Notes: generated by a model from the letters alone, not told the origin. Numbered from the whole stretch's first letter, positions 25,443 to 38,105 are shown. The stretch: DNA of 62,710 nucleotides, filler included, from Sphacelaria rigidula (GCA_964200075.2; 10 parts of 10 records of this genome joined end to end with filler, not necessarily neighbours in it), one strand, 5' to 3'. Numbers and translations are program-made.

Positions 25443-25699
25443 GAGTCATGCTACGGGAGGGGAGGGGGGGGGGTATTTTGAGCCGGTTCCTTCCACGAAA
25501 TTCCACTCCAATCGCCGTTGAAAGCAGGCAACAGTTAGTTGTTCGAACGCGCTTGCTCCCGGTAAATAACGCTGATCCATACTGTTTCACAGCGCTTTCA
25601 TCCAAATACAAGCGCACCGCGAGTGTTTTAGGTCGTTGACGCATCCATGAGCACCTTTTCCCGTAAAATCGAACCCCCCCCCATATCGTAGCATGCCTC
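25443..25699. mobile_element. MITE, GAGTCAT-TIR family (~250 bp)
   Basis: TIR GAGTCAT.CTACG...G-run / C-run...CGTAG.ATG(A/C)CTC. Homologous to 31680-31926, with partial copies at 31406-31493 and 50096-50148. Confidence 0.8.
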
Positions 25700-25845
25700 A
25701 AACCCGCATTTTTCAGACCTAAACGGTGTGACTCGTGCCGTTATACAACCGGGGGCCGGTGGTATTGTGCTATATGTTTCAAGTAGCCACTTTGCACGTA
25801 CAACTCTAACCTTATCCTTGCCTGCGCTCTCTCTGCGTTGCACAG

Positions 25846-28079
25846 ACACGTCGTCGGTGACTATGTACTACCTCCTCTACAAACTGTGTGAACACGGGCA
25901 AGAAGCGAACTTGGCCCGCCTGCGCAGCGAAGCCGACAAAATTCAGAGCAAAACTGACCTCCATCGGAAGGACGTCGGGAGCGGCCTTCCCCCGTTCCTC
26001 GATGCGTGCCTCCTGGAGTCGATGCGCTTGAAACCTGTCGGCCCCGTCGTCATCCGACGTGCGGTGCGGGATGACGTTGCAGTTCTCAGCGACCAGCGCA
26101 TTGTACGCTTCCGTGCCGGTGACGGCGTCGTTGTAAATTTGGCGCAGCTCCACTGCGACCCGGTGGCTTTCAACAAGGCAGGTAAGCGCTGCTCCGGGTT
26201 TTCAGGTAATTGACAACACATCGTAAAAATGCGGATGGTCGTAGGAAACGTGGGCGGTCGTGCAGACGAAATTCGTGGTTAGTGCAGGCGTGCATCTTTG
26301 TATGGAGCACCCTCAACCTTTGGCGTGTCATGTGTGGGCATCCGGTGGCGGCTTGATAGGCAGAACATGATTATTCGTGTGTATTGACTGAAGTGGGCAT
26401 GCTGTAACCTACCTCACTGAAGTACCTACGGTTGAAAATGTACCCACATGTTGATTGATTTGTGTTTGATTGTCGTACATGAACTGATCCGCTCCGAATC
26501 CAGCCGTGGGCATAGCGTAGACGTACGGTAGGCTATAGGAGTGAGATAATCGGTCAACAAAAAGCAAAAATGAGAGTCGTGGACCCCTGTTTGTCGAAAA
26601 TATTTCCCGCTATATATAGGATTCTGTGTTCTTGCTAATGGCGTAAGAAGCACACACACACACGGTCGTAACCGCGGAAAGACTTAAGGGCAATAGCACT
26701 AGTAAATGTCCCTCTTTGGAAAGCTTTGTTTGCTAACTGCACAAGAAAACCGCACAGTATACATCGATGAAAGCCATCATTTCGTCACTGAGCGCAACTG
26801 AACTGATTCTAGAGTCACAAATGGGGGAGTACACCCTTGCGTGGAATCGACATCGTCGGCGCCGAAATCCTTCAACAAACTACGTTCTATCGCGGGAGGT
26901 GTCGAACCCGTTACTGCCAGTGGCTGTGATGAAAAACACGATTTAGTAAAGTGTCTGTAACTCAAGACTTTGCGCTGGTAGCATCCTTCGCAACGAGGAG
27001 ACATGATTGTGAGTAACACCTCTCCAGCGTCCAGGTGTACGATATATGTCAATCCATCCGAGTAATACCACGCAGGAACGTCCAGGGTACTTTTCTTTGC
27101 CCGACGTACATGCAACGGACACGCATCGTCGCCCTTGGAATAAAGACAGCCTCGATAACCACGCAAAACAGGTACGATCGGCGGAACGATGATACCACTC
27201 ACATCTCGTTCATCGGCCAGGCGCCACACCTGACTGCCGGGTTTGTCCCAAACAATCTCTCGTGTTGCTATCGGCTTAGATAAATTCTTCCCGGAACGGC
27301 ACATGGTGGACACCGAAAGAGTGCAGGCTAGCGACGGAAATGTGGCAGTCGATGAGAAGAGCGGCTCTCATCCGATCCACGGTGTCAACAACACCAAAAA
27401 CACCAATCCCGCGTCGAAGGCCGATGCCGGTTGTCCTGCCGCATCGACGGTACGCCTCACCAGTCGCGCTCATGTCGATGAAAAAATCCCCATCTTCACC
27501 CCGTTCGGCGCAGGCAGGAAGGGGTGTGTTGGGCAGTACCTGGCGATGGTGGAGATGAAGGTGTGATGTAGAGTGTAAATCAAGTTGTGAACGGTCGGAA
27601 ACAGCAAGGAAGCCCAAGTGTTGAAAAAATGTTTTCTTTCGAGTGCTGATTACTGAGACTTGATTCAAGCGTAGGAAGACGTGAAAAAGAATAAACCGAT
27701 CTACCAACGGTATACGAAGCGGAGAAGTGCTGCGCAATCTTTGCGGAAATCTGGATCATTTTCGATGGGTGCACTTGCAGCGAAAGGAAGGTGAACTTGG
27801 TGGATACCAGATGAAACTAGCCCTCATGTAGCCACGAAACAAGCGACACAAATATATCGCTGGTGAAAGAGCGCTCTGCCCCATGATCCTTCCCATCTCA
27901 CCCGTCTGCATTTATATGTGGAACATCCAATTTCGCAGGTGATTTTGGCCGTTTTGCTGTCGACATTCGATTTTAAAACCGAGATATCAGCTGGTCCTCT
28001 GGAACAGATGACTACCCACTGGGACATTGCGAACCAACCCACGGACACTATTCCCATGGAAGTTCGCTTCAGGCAGTAA
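25846..28079 (+). CDS. Cytochrome P450, 3' three exons (25846-26181, 27280-27560, 27939-28079); 5' part off-contig
   Basis: I-helix end DTSSVTMYYLL, K-helix ExxR (ESMR), PERF-type FFPERH, heme motif FGAGRKGCVG, L-helix LAMVEMK|VILAVLL, stop TAA at 28077. Canonical phase-compatible splice sites. Confidence 0.95.
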
Positions 28080-29312
28080 GGAGCCCGCCACGACAGGGCT
28101 TCAAGTGTGTATTCGATAGTAAACGCCCGCTTTAAGCCTCCCTGAACTACATTCTAGTAGCCCGTAGAGCGCGAAACTACAAGGGGGCGGGGCGGGGTGG
28201 ATGGGAGGTACGTGAAGTAGTTTCATCGTCGAGGACTCAGATCAGCGCATGATGACGATGCGATACAGAATTTGTAGCTTAGACATGTAGTCAATCAAAG
28301 TTTCAAACTTTGGAGCGAGATTATCAATCTCCCCGAGTGTCGACGCGGAATGCGCGGAGTTGCATCGAACTTGGTTTTGAATTGACGAAGGCAATGAAAT
28401 ATATAGGGACGGAGTGTAGGGGGTATAGTTCGTATCTGCCACGCCTTGGCACTGCCGCGCAACGTGTTGCCCGGGATGTTGAGGTGGAAAACATGATGCC
28501 ATGGTTGTTACAGGAAGATATTGATTGCAAGTAACTACACCACGTAGCTTGGAGTACAATAGATCGCTGTGCAAGTCTGTCTGGTGAGGCAGCACCACAC
28601 AACACAAGCCTTTCAACACTGATTGGTGCCACCTTATTGCCCGGCTTTGAATCACAGCCGGATTTGGTCTTGATGCAGGCCTCACGTGTATACATACAAT
28701 AAGGTTCGGGTACAAATGGTAAATGTAGCCGTACTCTTGCAGAAACAGAGCAAATGCTAGGCTCCATTATTAACTCCAGGAATCTCGGGATTGGTCCAAC
28801 AAACGCCGGGGGTTGCCAGCGACGTGTATAAGGAGGCCGACAATAATAGTGGCATCACAACTACCTGCTTTCACGTCGTGGGAAGATCATGAAGGCATGT
28901 CAAACCTCCCACCGAAGACTCCCTTTCACTTTTCTCACCAGGATGAGCTTAGACCGTGGTCTTTTCACTACTACACTCTTGCCTACTACATATCATTACA
29001 CTCACCACCGAGGTACGCTTACCCTTGATGGAGGACAATCGTATTTGGTGCTACATTTTGATAGAGAAGAGAAAGTCCCGGACAGACAGACACAATGAGC
29101 ATGCAAAACCTAAAAGCATTGTTTTCTTTCCCCCCAGAAACACGCAATATGGACATCAACATGGTATAAGAAAGCTGCCTTTGTTGTTTTTCCACTCCTT
29201 CCTTTCCCTTATTCTCTGTGTTTTCTTTTCCTTTTTCGTATTTCCCTTCTTCCTTTTTCTCTATTTCAGCATTTTCCTCACTTTCTGTTTTTTATTTTCG
29301 GTTTCCCCGCTA

Positions 29313-30445
29313 CCACAACACAGCCGAGACATGGACATGAAACAGAGAAGCTAACCATCTTTGTTCTTTGACCTATTATCACGATACAGCTTGGACATAG
29401 ACATGGAATAAAAGAGCCCACCCTGCTTTTTCTCCAAACTTCCATAACACAGCCCGGATTTAGACATGAAATAAAGGGGCTAACCATCCTTTTCTTTAAC
29501 CTTCCACAACACAGCCTAGACGTGGATATGAAAAAGAGAAGCTGACCATCAATTTTCTTTTACCGACCATAACACAGCCCGGACATGGGCATGAAATAGA
29601 GAAGCTAACCGTCCTTGTAGTTGAAAGCACTTCAAGATCCACGTTTCTCGAAACAAATGGGGCTAGTCCCTGCAGGGATCACGCCCCTGTCCCTAACTCC
29701 GACATCAACCCTAACCCTAACCCTTACAACTCACGGTGGTCGAACTGTGAACTCGAAGATCCAGTAGGAGGGGGATGTCAGCAGTAGTGTAGTTGGTGAC
29801 CTGAAGTCTTCTTGATCAGCGTTTCTCGGCAACTCTACATCCAAAAGAAGGTAGACTGGTGTGGTCGATGGAAACGAGTGAATAGCTCGGGGGATGGTGA
29901 AGGTTATTGCGCAACATTTTCCCCGCTACGCGTATGACACTGCCATATCACAAAATCAGCCTGACGCGTCGTGCTTTTGGCCAATTAAAGCTTCAGCAGG
30001 AGCGTACCCATATGGTCAACCATTTACAGATTTATCGATCTACAAGCTTATCAAAACTAGACATACGTTGGCTGCGCCGCTCAGACAACCATATATAAAT
30101 CAATTTCCTACTTTATAAGCCCACGTTCGACTAGAACATTTTTGTCTTACTTGCCGGTCGTTTCTGAGAACGATCGTCCTATCCAGAGTAATAGTTTGAT
30201 TCACGCACGCGGTCATATGCCATCACACTACCATAGCACAGCCGGCGTACAGACGTTAAATTAAGAATCTAACCATACTTTTTCTTTCACCTACCAAAAC
30301 GCAGCCCGGACATGGACATGACATGAAGCAGCTAACCATCCTTCCTCTTCAATTTACCATGATACAGCCAGGATGAGGACGGGGAATGAAGAAGATAATC
30401 CTGCTTTTCCTTCAACCTACCGTAACAGCACGGATATAGACGTGA
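29313..30445. repeat. Diverged ~61-bp minisatellite in two blocks (29313-29615 and ~30230-30445) split by unrelated sequence
   Basis: Unit approximately CCA(C/T)AACACAGCC.GGACATGGACATGAAATAGAGAAGCTAACCATC.TTTTCTTT.ACCT; about 5 + 4 copies. Confidence 0.85.
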
Positions 30446-30763
30446 AATGGCGAGAAAAAAACATATTTTCTTTCCCGTATCGAGACGAAAACACCCGAGA
30501 TTCTTCCCGCATACGATAACAAGGGTAAGTCACGAATAAAACTAAAACCTAAACATGTACGTGATAGCATCAAAAGGTTGACCAACTCACATGCACATTG
30601 AGATTACAAAATACATAGCAAGTAACAGCCGATTTTAAATTTTGAGGTTCAACACTAAAATGAGGCTGAAGTCGCATTTCTCTATTGCAGGGAAGATTCG
30701 AAAGAGTAACACAAAGCAAAAGTGTCTTCCCCCCCCAAACTCCGCAGGAGGACTTGACCGTCA

Positions 30764-30865
30764 GACCGCGAGAGTAGGTCACCTGCTGAATCGGCACCAA
30801 TATTCACTTCGAAAAAGTACACGCGTGGTCCAGATGGACTACGGGCACCGCGGTCCAAGGGTTAA
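30764..30865. mobile_element. piggyBac-type MITE, left end truncated
   Basis: GACCGCG...CACCTGCTGAATCGGCA...ATGGACTAC...CCGCGGTCCAAGGG|TTAA. Confidence 0.75.
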
Positions 30866-30876
30866 GCAACTCTGGC

Positions 30877-31299
30877 TAGGTGCACCCAACGAAATGCGGT
30901 GTACACGCGTGTCGATGACGATATCACCAGAGAAGCAACGACAGAGAGGAAGCTCCTCGCCCGTGCCCTTTGTGTGTCCCCGCTCGGTGATTACCAAACT
31001 CTCGAGAGACTGGCATCCTTGATCTTACCAGCATGTGCCAAATTTTTCATATGCCAGAGCATCGACGTGCGGAGAAATTCCGTGTCTCTTCTTGCCTGTT
31101 GCCATCGCGAACATCGATTTCTCTCTGCCTCTCCTTTTGGACAGGACGTGCCTCTGTGCGCTGAAAACCATGTTGAAAAAATAGGGCAATGTTCCCGTCA
31201 TCGCTACTACTGTTCTCTGTCACACACGTATGCCAGCAAGGACAGTGCTGCGGCAATAACAGATAGATCCAATTTGACCTTAGGGGGGTGTTATTCATC
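30877..31299. repeat. Dispersed ~430-bp repeat, copy 1
   Basis: Colinear with 34584-35041 on another contig (TAGGTGCACC.AACGAA.TGCGGTGTACACGCGTGTCGATGACGATAT ... TTAGGGGG(G)TGTTATTCATC). Confidence 0.9.
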
Positions 31300-31493
31300 A
31301 CTGAGNNNNNNNNNNNNNNNNNNNNNNNNNNNNNNNNNNNNNNNNNNNNTTAATTAATTAANNNNNNNNNNNNNNNNNNNNNNNNNNNNNNNNNNNNNNN
31401 NNNNNAACGCAAGTGTGGAAGGATGGCTGACACACTTATGAGTCTCTTTTTTCGTGCAACCAAATACCCCCCGCCCCTATCGTAGGATGACTC

Positions 31494-33523
31494 CAACCGA
31501 CAAGCTCACTCTGCGACTGGCCAAAAAGACAGGCGTCTCGACAGTCGGACCGGGCGACAGCATTTGCGTTTTTAGGGACTCTAACAGCCGGTCATACGGA
31601 TCGACTCCGAGTCCCCGAAGCGTCGGTAAGCCCAACAGAACGACACCATCCGTCCCCGGCATGATCGCAAACGATTACGGAGTCATCCTACGATAGGGGG
31701 GGGGGTATTTTGGGCCACTTCTTGCACGAAATTCCAAGGCAAATCGCCACCGAAAACAGCAACGGTTGATCGAACGAGCTTCTTATAGATTAATAACGCC
31801 CATTCATACCGATCGACACCGTTTTGAACCAAATACAAGCGCATCGCGAGTGTGGTAGGTCATCTGACACAATTTTTGGCCTTTTTTTTCGTGCAATCAA
31901 ATACCCCCCCCATCGTACGATGACTCATCGGGGGTAATTTTGCTGGCCCCCAGGTAGTCAGGAACGCCAACTGTAGGGGAATCGTACGCTCCGTCACATT
32001 TATACGTTACCCCGATGCGGTGATGGCCTGCCGCGCCCCGAGCGAGAACGGAATTTGGATTTTCTCACAGGGGAGTAGACGCTCCAGCATCTCCACAATT
32101 AGCACCGACACGCTCGTGAAGTGGGCGCCTGAATCCAACACCACGTTGACCGATATAACTCCCCGCGCCCGTTGATCGGGGTGATATAACTGGGCAGGGA
32201 CATAGTTGTCTTGGTCCTCAACCGGCACCTGCTCCGCCGACTGATGGGTCGTAATCCCCACTTGGCGCCACGGCTGCGCGCGCGGCGCAGGCATAGACGC
32301 CCCCGCTGGGGTCACCGGTACCGCTGACGGGTACGAAGCCCCGCCCGCAGAACCAAATTGCAGCGGTACCCCGGCCGACGCAGTAGCCGATTCAAATTGC
32401 AGCTGAAACCGGCCGGCTCCGCAGCCGGCGTCTCGCCTTGCTCTGCTGCCGGCAGCGCCGGCACCCAGCCCGACACTAGAGAGGTCGGTCCCACCTGCGC
32501 CACCGGTGGTGGAGCAGCAGCTTCTGCGGCTGAGCCGGACCCAGAACCGGATCCCTGCTGACGCCGCTGCCCCTACTGCTGCTGCTGTTGGGAACTCGAC
32601 TGTACACCTCCACCGCTGTAGGATCCGCCTCCGCCACCACCCCGATTACCTTTCCCCCCTTTGTGATTGCGAGGGCGTGCGGCACTCGTCTGCCCAGACG
32701 CCCCCTCAGAAGGCGTTGGGCACTTCCGTGCGATATGACCTACCTGGCCACACTGATGGCAAGTAATATTGGAGGTGGCACTGCCTGCGGATTTTGATCC
32801 GCGGTTACGCGAGCTCGAAGACTGCGGCGGCGAAGTGAATGATTTTCCAAATATTTCGACCCGCCGCCATGCCTGAGCTTCAGCCACCACGGTATCCATG
32901 GCTAAATACGGGTTCGACTCCCAATTTGTTTCGTGCTGTAACTGTACAAGCACGGCCTGCCTAAATTCCGCCGGTGCCAGACCCTCCACCATCGCTTTCG
33001 TGACCACCGCAGCGGGCCCTGGGCGAAATTTCCCATCGGAGGAACGATAAATCATCTCTACGTTAGAATTTTTCGAAAACTACGTCTCCAACTTAACCGT
33101 TATGGGCTCCACCCTCTCATGCATGGTCCCCCCCTTGTGGTTCATGGCGACAGCCTTCGCCACGGCCGCGGACGCCTGAGTAAGCTTTACCTCCGCTCCC
33201 ACCGCATGCCCTGCGTGCTTTTTTATCGCTGCGGCCAACTGAAGCGGCGTTATGGTATGCTTTTCGAGGAACCTTCTCGCGAAGACGCGTTGCAGGGGGG
33301 TAGGGAGTAGTTGCGCCATAGAAACCACCTGATGCCTTACCGCACCCCCTGCACTCGCATGCTCCACCCTCCTTTTGTATTCCACGTATTTCGTGTAAGA
33401 CGAACGAGAAGCGCCCTCAGAATACAAATTCCCGTAACTGGGCGGCCGCAACTCTTCCCTTAAAACGACTGGGGTTACAGTCGTTTCCGCTGGCTCTATT
33501 GCCGGTACCTCAGTAGTCGACAT
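31494..33523 (-). pseudogene. Ty3/Gypsy gag-protease, decayed and interrupted by MITEs
   Basis: Gag starts at ATG 33523, with in-frame TAGs at 33080 and 32573. CCHC zinc knuckle CHQCGQVGHIARKC. Aspartic protease VVLDSGAHFTSV and the C-terminal FAIMPG..GVVLLGLPTLRGLG motif. Frameshift near 32350; MITEs at 31680-31926 and ending at 31493. Confidence 0.9.
31680..31926. mobile_element. MITE, GAGTCAT-TIR family, inserted in the protease region
   Basis: GAGTCATCCTACGATAGGGGGGGGGGGTATTT ... AAATACCCCCCCCATCGTACGATGACTC; splits GPAKLPP from SFAIMPG. Confidence 0.88.
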
Positions 33524-33835
33524 TCTCGAGCGGAAAATCCAAGATTTCTGAAACTTTCTCGAACTTCATTTCACACCTGCTTTCCTCGCCGCTCCACACA
33601 GCCCTGGGGTCCTATAAACACCTGCTGTACGCAGCTCCAGCAAGTCTCCAGTCTGGATCAATCACGGGCCAGCCGCCTTTGCAGCTACCTCAGCTTGAAA
33701 CCACCTCACGCGTCCGTGAAGCTCTATGCCCGAAGCTAATCACAAGCTGTCCAGACCTCTCCCTGCTGAAAAATTTCAGCAGTCTCAAACGATAGCGCCA
33801 ACTAGCACGCCTAGCACTAGCACTAATATCGATAT

Positions 33836-34093
33836 TGTGACGCTAGCAGGTTGTAGTACTGCAGCGTCTAAATGCTGTTGAGGGACTCCCCAGTTCCAAT
33901 GGCCTCAAGGTCTCAGTTGTCAGCCTTCACAACATCTTATCATTACCAGAGTGCCTTCCGGGCACATACGCTCCATAAATCACATCAGGGGATCACCCCT
34001 GTGTCCATGTCATCATCCATATCATCACTACAGATCCCAAGTCATCATCCGATCATTACCATCTACTCAACGTGAAGGCGCGATTTCGTCACA
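33836..34093 (-). mobile_element. Probable 5' LTR (258 bp) of the gag-protease element
   Basis: Perfect 7-bp inverted termini TGTGACG...CGTCACA upstream of gag. The outer end abuts an unrelated hAT-MITE array, as expected at an insertion junction. No canonical TGG PBS directly adjacent. Confidence 0.6.
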
Positions 34094-34343
34094 GACCGTA
34101 CTCGACGTACTCAAAATTTGAGTAGAGTATTGAGGTCATACTCAAGTGATGCTCTATACTCAAGTATCACTGGGAGTACTTTCTCGTTATTTGAGTAGAG
34201 TATTTGAGGTCGTACTCGACCTGCTCAAAATTTGAGTTGAGTATTTGAGGCCGCACTCGACCTACTCAAACGTCCAGTAGAGTAAATACTTGAGTATTTT
34301 ACTCGAGTACTCAAAAGTACATACTCTACTCGACCCATCCTTG
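34094..34343. mobile_element. Right half of a hAT-type MITE (CAAGGG family) with TACTCGA array; LTR target
   Basis: Matches 48660-48915, including the terminus TACTCTACTCGACCCATCCTTG. Confidence 0.85.
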
Positions 34344-34583
34344 AACCCTTTTCGGATGTTCAACCCCATTTCCGAGGACCCATTTTTCCCACCGTTTGCC
34401 AGTAACAGATCGAGAGTACCGACTCAACCCAACACTAAATTCAACAGCGAATCCAAACTTGTGGGGTTGATCTCTAAAATGATGTTCAAGTGGCTTATCT
34501 TTTTGCAGGGATGACGCGAAACAGTTACACAGAGCGAAATCATTTTCCCTCCCAAATGGCTGCAGCAGTGAGACAGTTGCCGG

Positions 34584-35041
34584 TAGGTGCACCGAACGAA
34601 TGCGGTGTACACGCGTGTCGATGACGATATGACCAGAGAAAGAAGCAACGACAGAGAGGAAGCTCCTCGCCCGTGTCCTTTGTGTGCCCTCGCTCGGCGA
34701 TTACAATCGCTCGAGAGAGTGGCATCATTCATGTTACCAGCATGCACCGAATTTCTCATGTACCGGTAGGCATGTTATTATTTTGCTGCACAGCCCCTCA
34801 AAGAACGTCGAGGTGCGGAGGGATCTCGTCTCCTCTTGTCAGTTGAGCTCACCAATGCAAAGATCGATTTATCTCTGCCTCTCCTTTTGGACAGGACGCG
34901 CCTCTGTGCGCTGCAGAACACGTCTTTGAAAAACAGGGCGATGTTCCCGTCACCGATACTGTTGTCTGTCACATACATGCCAGCAAGGATGGTGCTGCGG
35001 CAAAAACAGATCCAATTTGAAGTTAGGGGGTGTTATTCATC
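34584..35041. repeat. Dispersed ~430-bp repeat, copy 2
   Basis: Homologous to 30877-31299, with an extra ~35-bp internal segment. Confidence 0.9.
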
Positions 35042-36507
35042 GTTGATTTTACCCGACATGTGACCCTCTGGGTGCCCGACGAGAAGAGCGTGCCACACGT
35101 CAGTTGGGTTGTATGAGAGAGCAAACATTTGCGGAGACCTTCTTGACGTGCGGAGTGAAAAACGATACCTATGGTGGTGACCTAACTGTTGTTGGTATGG
35201 CGCATAGGAGTGCGTCCATGCTGCAATCTGGAGCACACACTGGCTGCGTGAACAGCTTGGTACAGTAGCTTTCAAGAATTAATTCCGATGTAAGGAGGTC
35301 ATGCATTACAAGCTGGGACGAAATATTCACGAGGAACAAGAATGCTCTATGATCAACCACTTGTCCTTGTATTCCACACCCACGCCATTAAACGCCGACC
35401 GCAAAAAGGTCTTGTGGCTTTCAAACAAAGCTGTCGGCAGTACGGCAGGCAACCTCGATCATAGCTAGCTTTCGTTGCTCTACTGTACTGACTGTCGTCT
35501 GCACAGAGGCCACCGTAACAACAGCACGGAAATTTACAACGGTTGACTGTAAATACTAAATAGTTCGATTTTTTCAACAACTTCCACACAATTTCAAGGA
35601 CTCTCAAGACCTGAGCGAAGATGGCCGCTTGACGTCCGGTCAAACGTGCGAAGATGCCGTCGAATAGCAATACCAAACTTTGCCGGGATTGGCATGAGGA
35701 AGCCCGTGGAGAACGGAATAGAAATCGACAAGTGAACATTCTTATCAAAGAACAATGCGCATGGAACAGTTTACAGGTGAGAAAACCGGATTTTCATGGA
35801 GAAGAAACTCTCTGTGTCCCTGTCAGTGTTACATGCGCTCGCAAAAACTCTGTCGTCGTTCTGTAATACCTGGCGGGGGACGGCAAGTTGCGAGAGCCAC
35901 GAGTAGGTTTTCGGAGCCTTCCGGGCTGTTGAATGTTTGTCATATTTCCCCGTTGTACTTCAGCGTAGGGCACACACCTTTTCGTACGGTTCTGAAAACA
36001 CTTCAACGGAGGATCCTGGAAATGTGGGGTTGAATATTGACATGGGATCCAACCCCCAGTTCGGAAGTTAACACTTTCCCGGAATAGTTTTGCCAAGACA
36101 ACCAAATGAGGATTCTATTTGTCTGTTGAAATTTTCCTTAGCTTGCCCTGTCAAGCGTTGTTGCTCCCGTCTCTAAAACCATAAGTATCTCGTTTCATAT
36201 ACTCGAAACGGCTCTCACCAGGTAAGGGAAGCCACTTTCATCGGATTCCCTCATCTATGAAGAACATCATCATGCCAAGGGTTTTTTTCGAGGCCTAGAA
36301 AATTCGCAGGGGGCAGAGAGTTTCCCACCTATGAAATGTCCCATTTTTACACGTGTAAAAAGTTCCCAGCAACGAAATTTATTTTCCATAACACGAACGG
36401 CGGCACTTTACTTCTCATGAGAAGTGTTCTCCCTTCATTTCGAGAGGAGTTGAAACACAACTGGAAGAAAAATTCATGACACCCAGAGGAAGCCGACGAA
36501 GGCTCAT

Positions 36508-36872
36508 CCTCTCAACTGTTGAGAGCCGTTTCGAATGTCCAAAAGGAGATAATATGGTTTTAGAGGCCGAACCAACAATGCGTGACAAGGCAAGCTCGGG
36601 GAAGTTTCGACAAATGAATGAAACCCTCAGCACTTGTTGAAAGCCGTTTCGAATGTACGAAAGGAGATACATTTGGCTTCAGACACGGGAGCACCAATTT
36701 GCGGCACGGCAAACTATAGGAAAAGTTTCAACAGGCGAAACAAAAATCCTCAGCACCTGTTGAGAGTCGTTACGAATGAACGAGGGGGGATGCATACGGC
36801 TTCCGAGACGGGAGCAACAATGCGCGGCGAGGCAAGCAGGGGGAGGTTTCAACAGGCGAATAAAACCCTCAG
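36508..36872. repeat. Diverged ~121-bp tandem repeat, 3 units
   Basis: Recurring CCTCAGCAC.TGTTGA.AG.CGTT.CGAATG...CAA(C)AAT.CG.G.C.AGGCAA.C...G.A.GTTTC.ACA at ~36508, ~36626 and ~36748. Confidence 0.8.
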
Positions 36873-37686
36873 TTGCTTAAGCCCCATTTCAATGTTCAGC
36901 CTCATTTTCCAGGATCCTGTTATTTCTTTTTCGTTCGCACATATTTCGGCGGATTCATTTTTCAGGGCCCATTGTTTAAAGCTGCATTGCCGGTAGCCCG
37001 TGCATGGTAATAATGACACGATCCAGAACCCAACTGCTGCAATCAGTCGTTGGTCTGTGTATGCCGAACGTGGGTCAACACGTGCGTTCTATTGTACTGT
37101 ACAATCAACACTCCCTCGATTCATGTTCTTCAGTGATATGTGAAAAGTTGACACACCCAGGCCGAGCGGTTGCGTGATGACTGGAGTCGTTAGTCGTTAA
37201 AATTGAAGAAGCATATGACCCTTATTGGCGACCCTGTCCGAGAAAACATTAGCTGCGTGATGGTGAAGTTGCCACGTCAGTTTAAGAAGCTCGATTGGGG
37301 AAGTTCAGTCAAATTTGTGAGCAATAATCACAGTAGTAGCTAGGTGATGGCTGTAGTCAGTCGTCGCCAATTTGAAGCTGGAAAGTTGAATTGAGGAGGA
37401 AGTAACGTGACATGTGAGAATTTTATGAACACACTGAAGCGGTACATGTTCCTTGGCGACCTCATCACAACACCAAAAGCTGCAATGCACATCCACGTGG
37501 TCGGTAGTCCATGTATAACAGTATTTTCGTGAGATTGAGAGTAGATGATACGATTGAGAATGAAAAGCGGTCAATCAGTGAATGAANNNNNNNNNNNNNN
37601 NNNNNNNNNNNNNNNNNNNNNNNNNNNNNNTTAATTAATTAANNNNNNNNNNNNNNNNNNNNNNNNNNNNNNNNNNNNNNNNNNNN

Positions 37687-37910
37687 ACCTTCCTTCTGCG
37701 GTGCTTGCCTTGTTGTTTTATCGCGAGAGGGGTTCGGCAGTCCCTTTCCCTCGTCGACGGTTAACTCGAATTCTGTGTACCCACGACATAGTCGCTTGTC
37801 CACTGTTGGGCATGGTGCGAGAAAAAATCCCAGCTCACTCCGAGAATTGAACCCACGAGCCAACCGTCAGAAGGTTTCGAGGTTACCAACTGAGCCACCG
37901 GGGCGACCGG
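37687..37910 (-). mobile_element. tRNA-derived SINE (head 37910-37820)
   Basis: Minus strand GCCCCGGTGGCTCAGTTGG (Pol III A box) ... GGGTTCAATTC (B box) then a T-run. No acceptor-stem pairing. Body resembles the copies at 55053-55394 and 62551-62710. Confidence 0.75.
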
Positions 37911-37911
37911 T

Positions 37912-38105
37912 TCGAGTAGAGTAAACTCAATTGCGGGGTATTTTGAGATTCGTACTTGGAGTACACAAATTGGATGTAGGGTTTCAGGAATCGCTCCCCA
38001 GCTATTTTTTGGGTACAACTCCCAACCCTCTACCCTAACTTGAGTACCCCAAGTTCGTCTTTCAAAATACCTCGCATTTGAGTATACTCTACTCGACCTG
38101 CCCTT
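37912..38105. mobile_element. hAT-type MITE (CAAGGG family, short form), left TIR cut by the SINE
   Basis: Reverse complement of 43485-43689; ends TACTCTACTCGACCTGCCCTT. Confidence 0.88.

Noticed and set aside
26777..27313. 178-aa antisense ORF in the P450 intron (also 38587-38817 in the USP intron)
   Set aside because: No recognisable motif or splice support; an ORF of this length can arise by chance in 62 kb.
29708..29724. Telomere (CCCTAA)n
   Set aside because: Under three units and internal to the contig.
32573..33082. Programmed readthrough at the gag TAG codons
   Set aside because: One TAG lies mid-gag and the other ends a CAG run (a simple C-to-T change). The element also has a frameshift and MITE insertions, so decay explains them.
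123..33523. The pol (contig 1) and gag-protease (contig 6) as one element
   Set aside because: They are on different contigs and their putative LTR sequences do not match beyond the terminal bases.
37820..37910. tRNA gene (also 55305-55394 and an A-box at ~51046)
   Set aside because: A and B boxes are present, but acceptor and D stems do not pair. The first two are attached to a repeated SINE body; the third is an isolated A-box.
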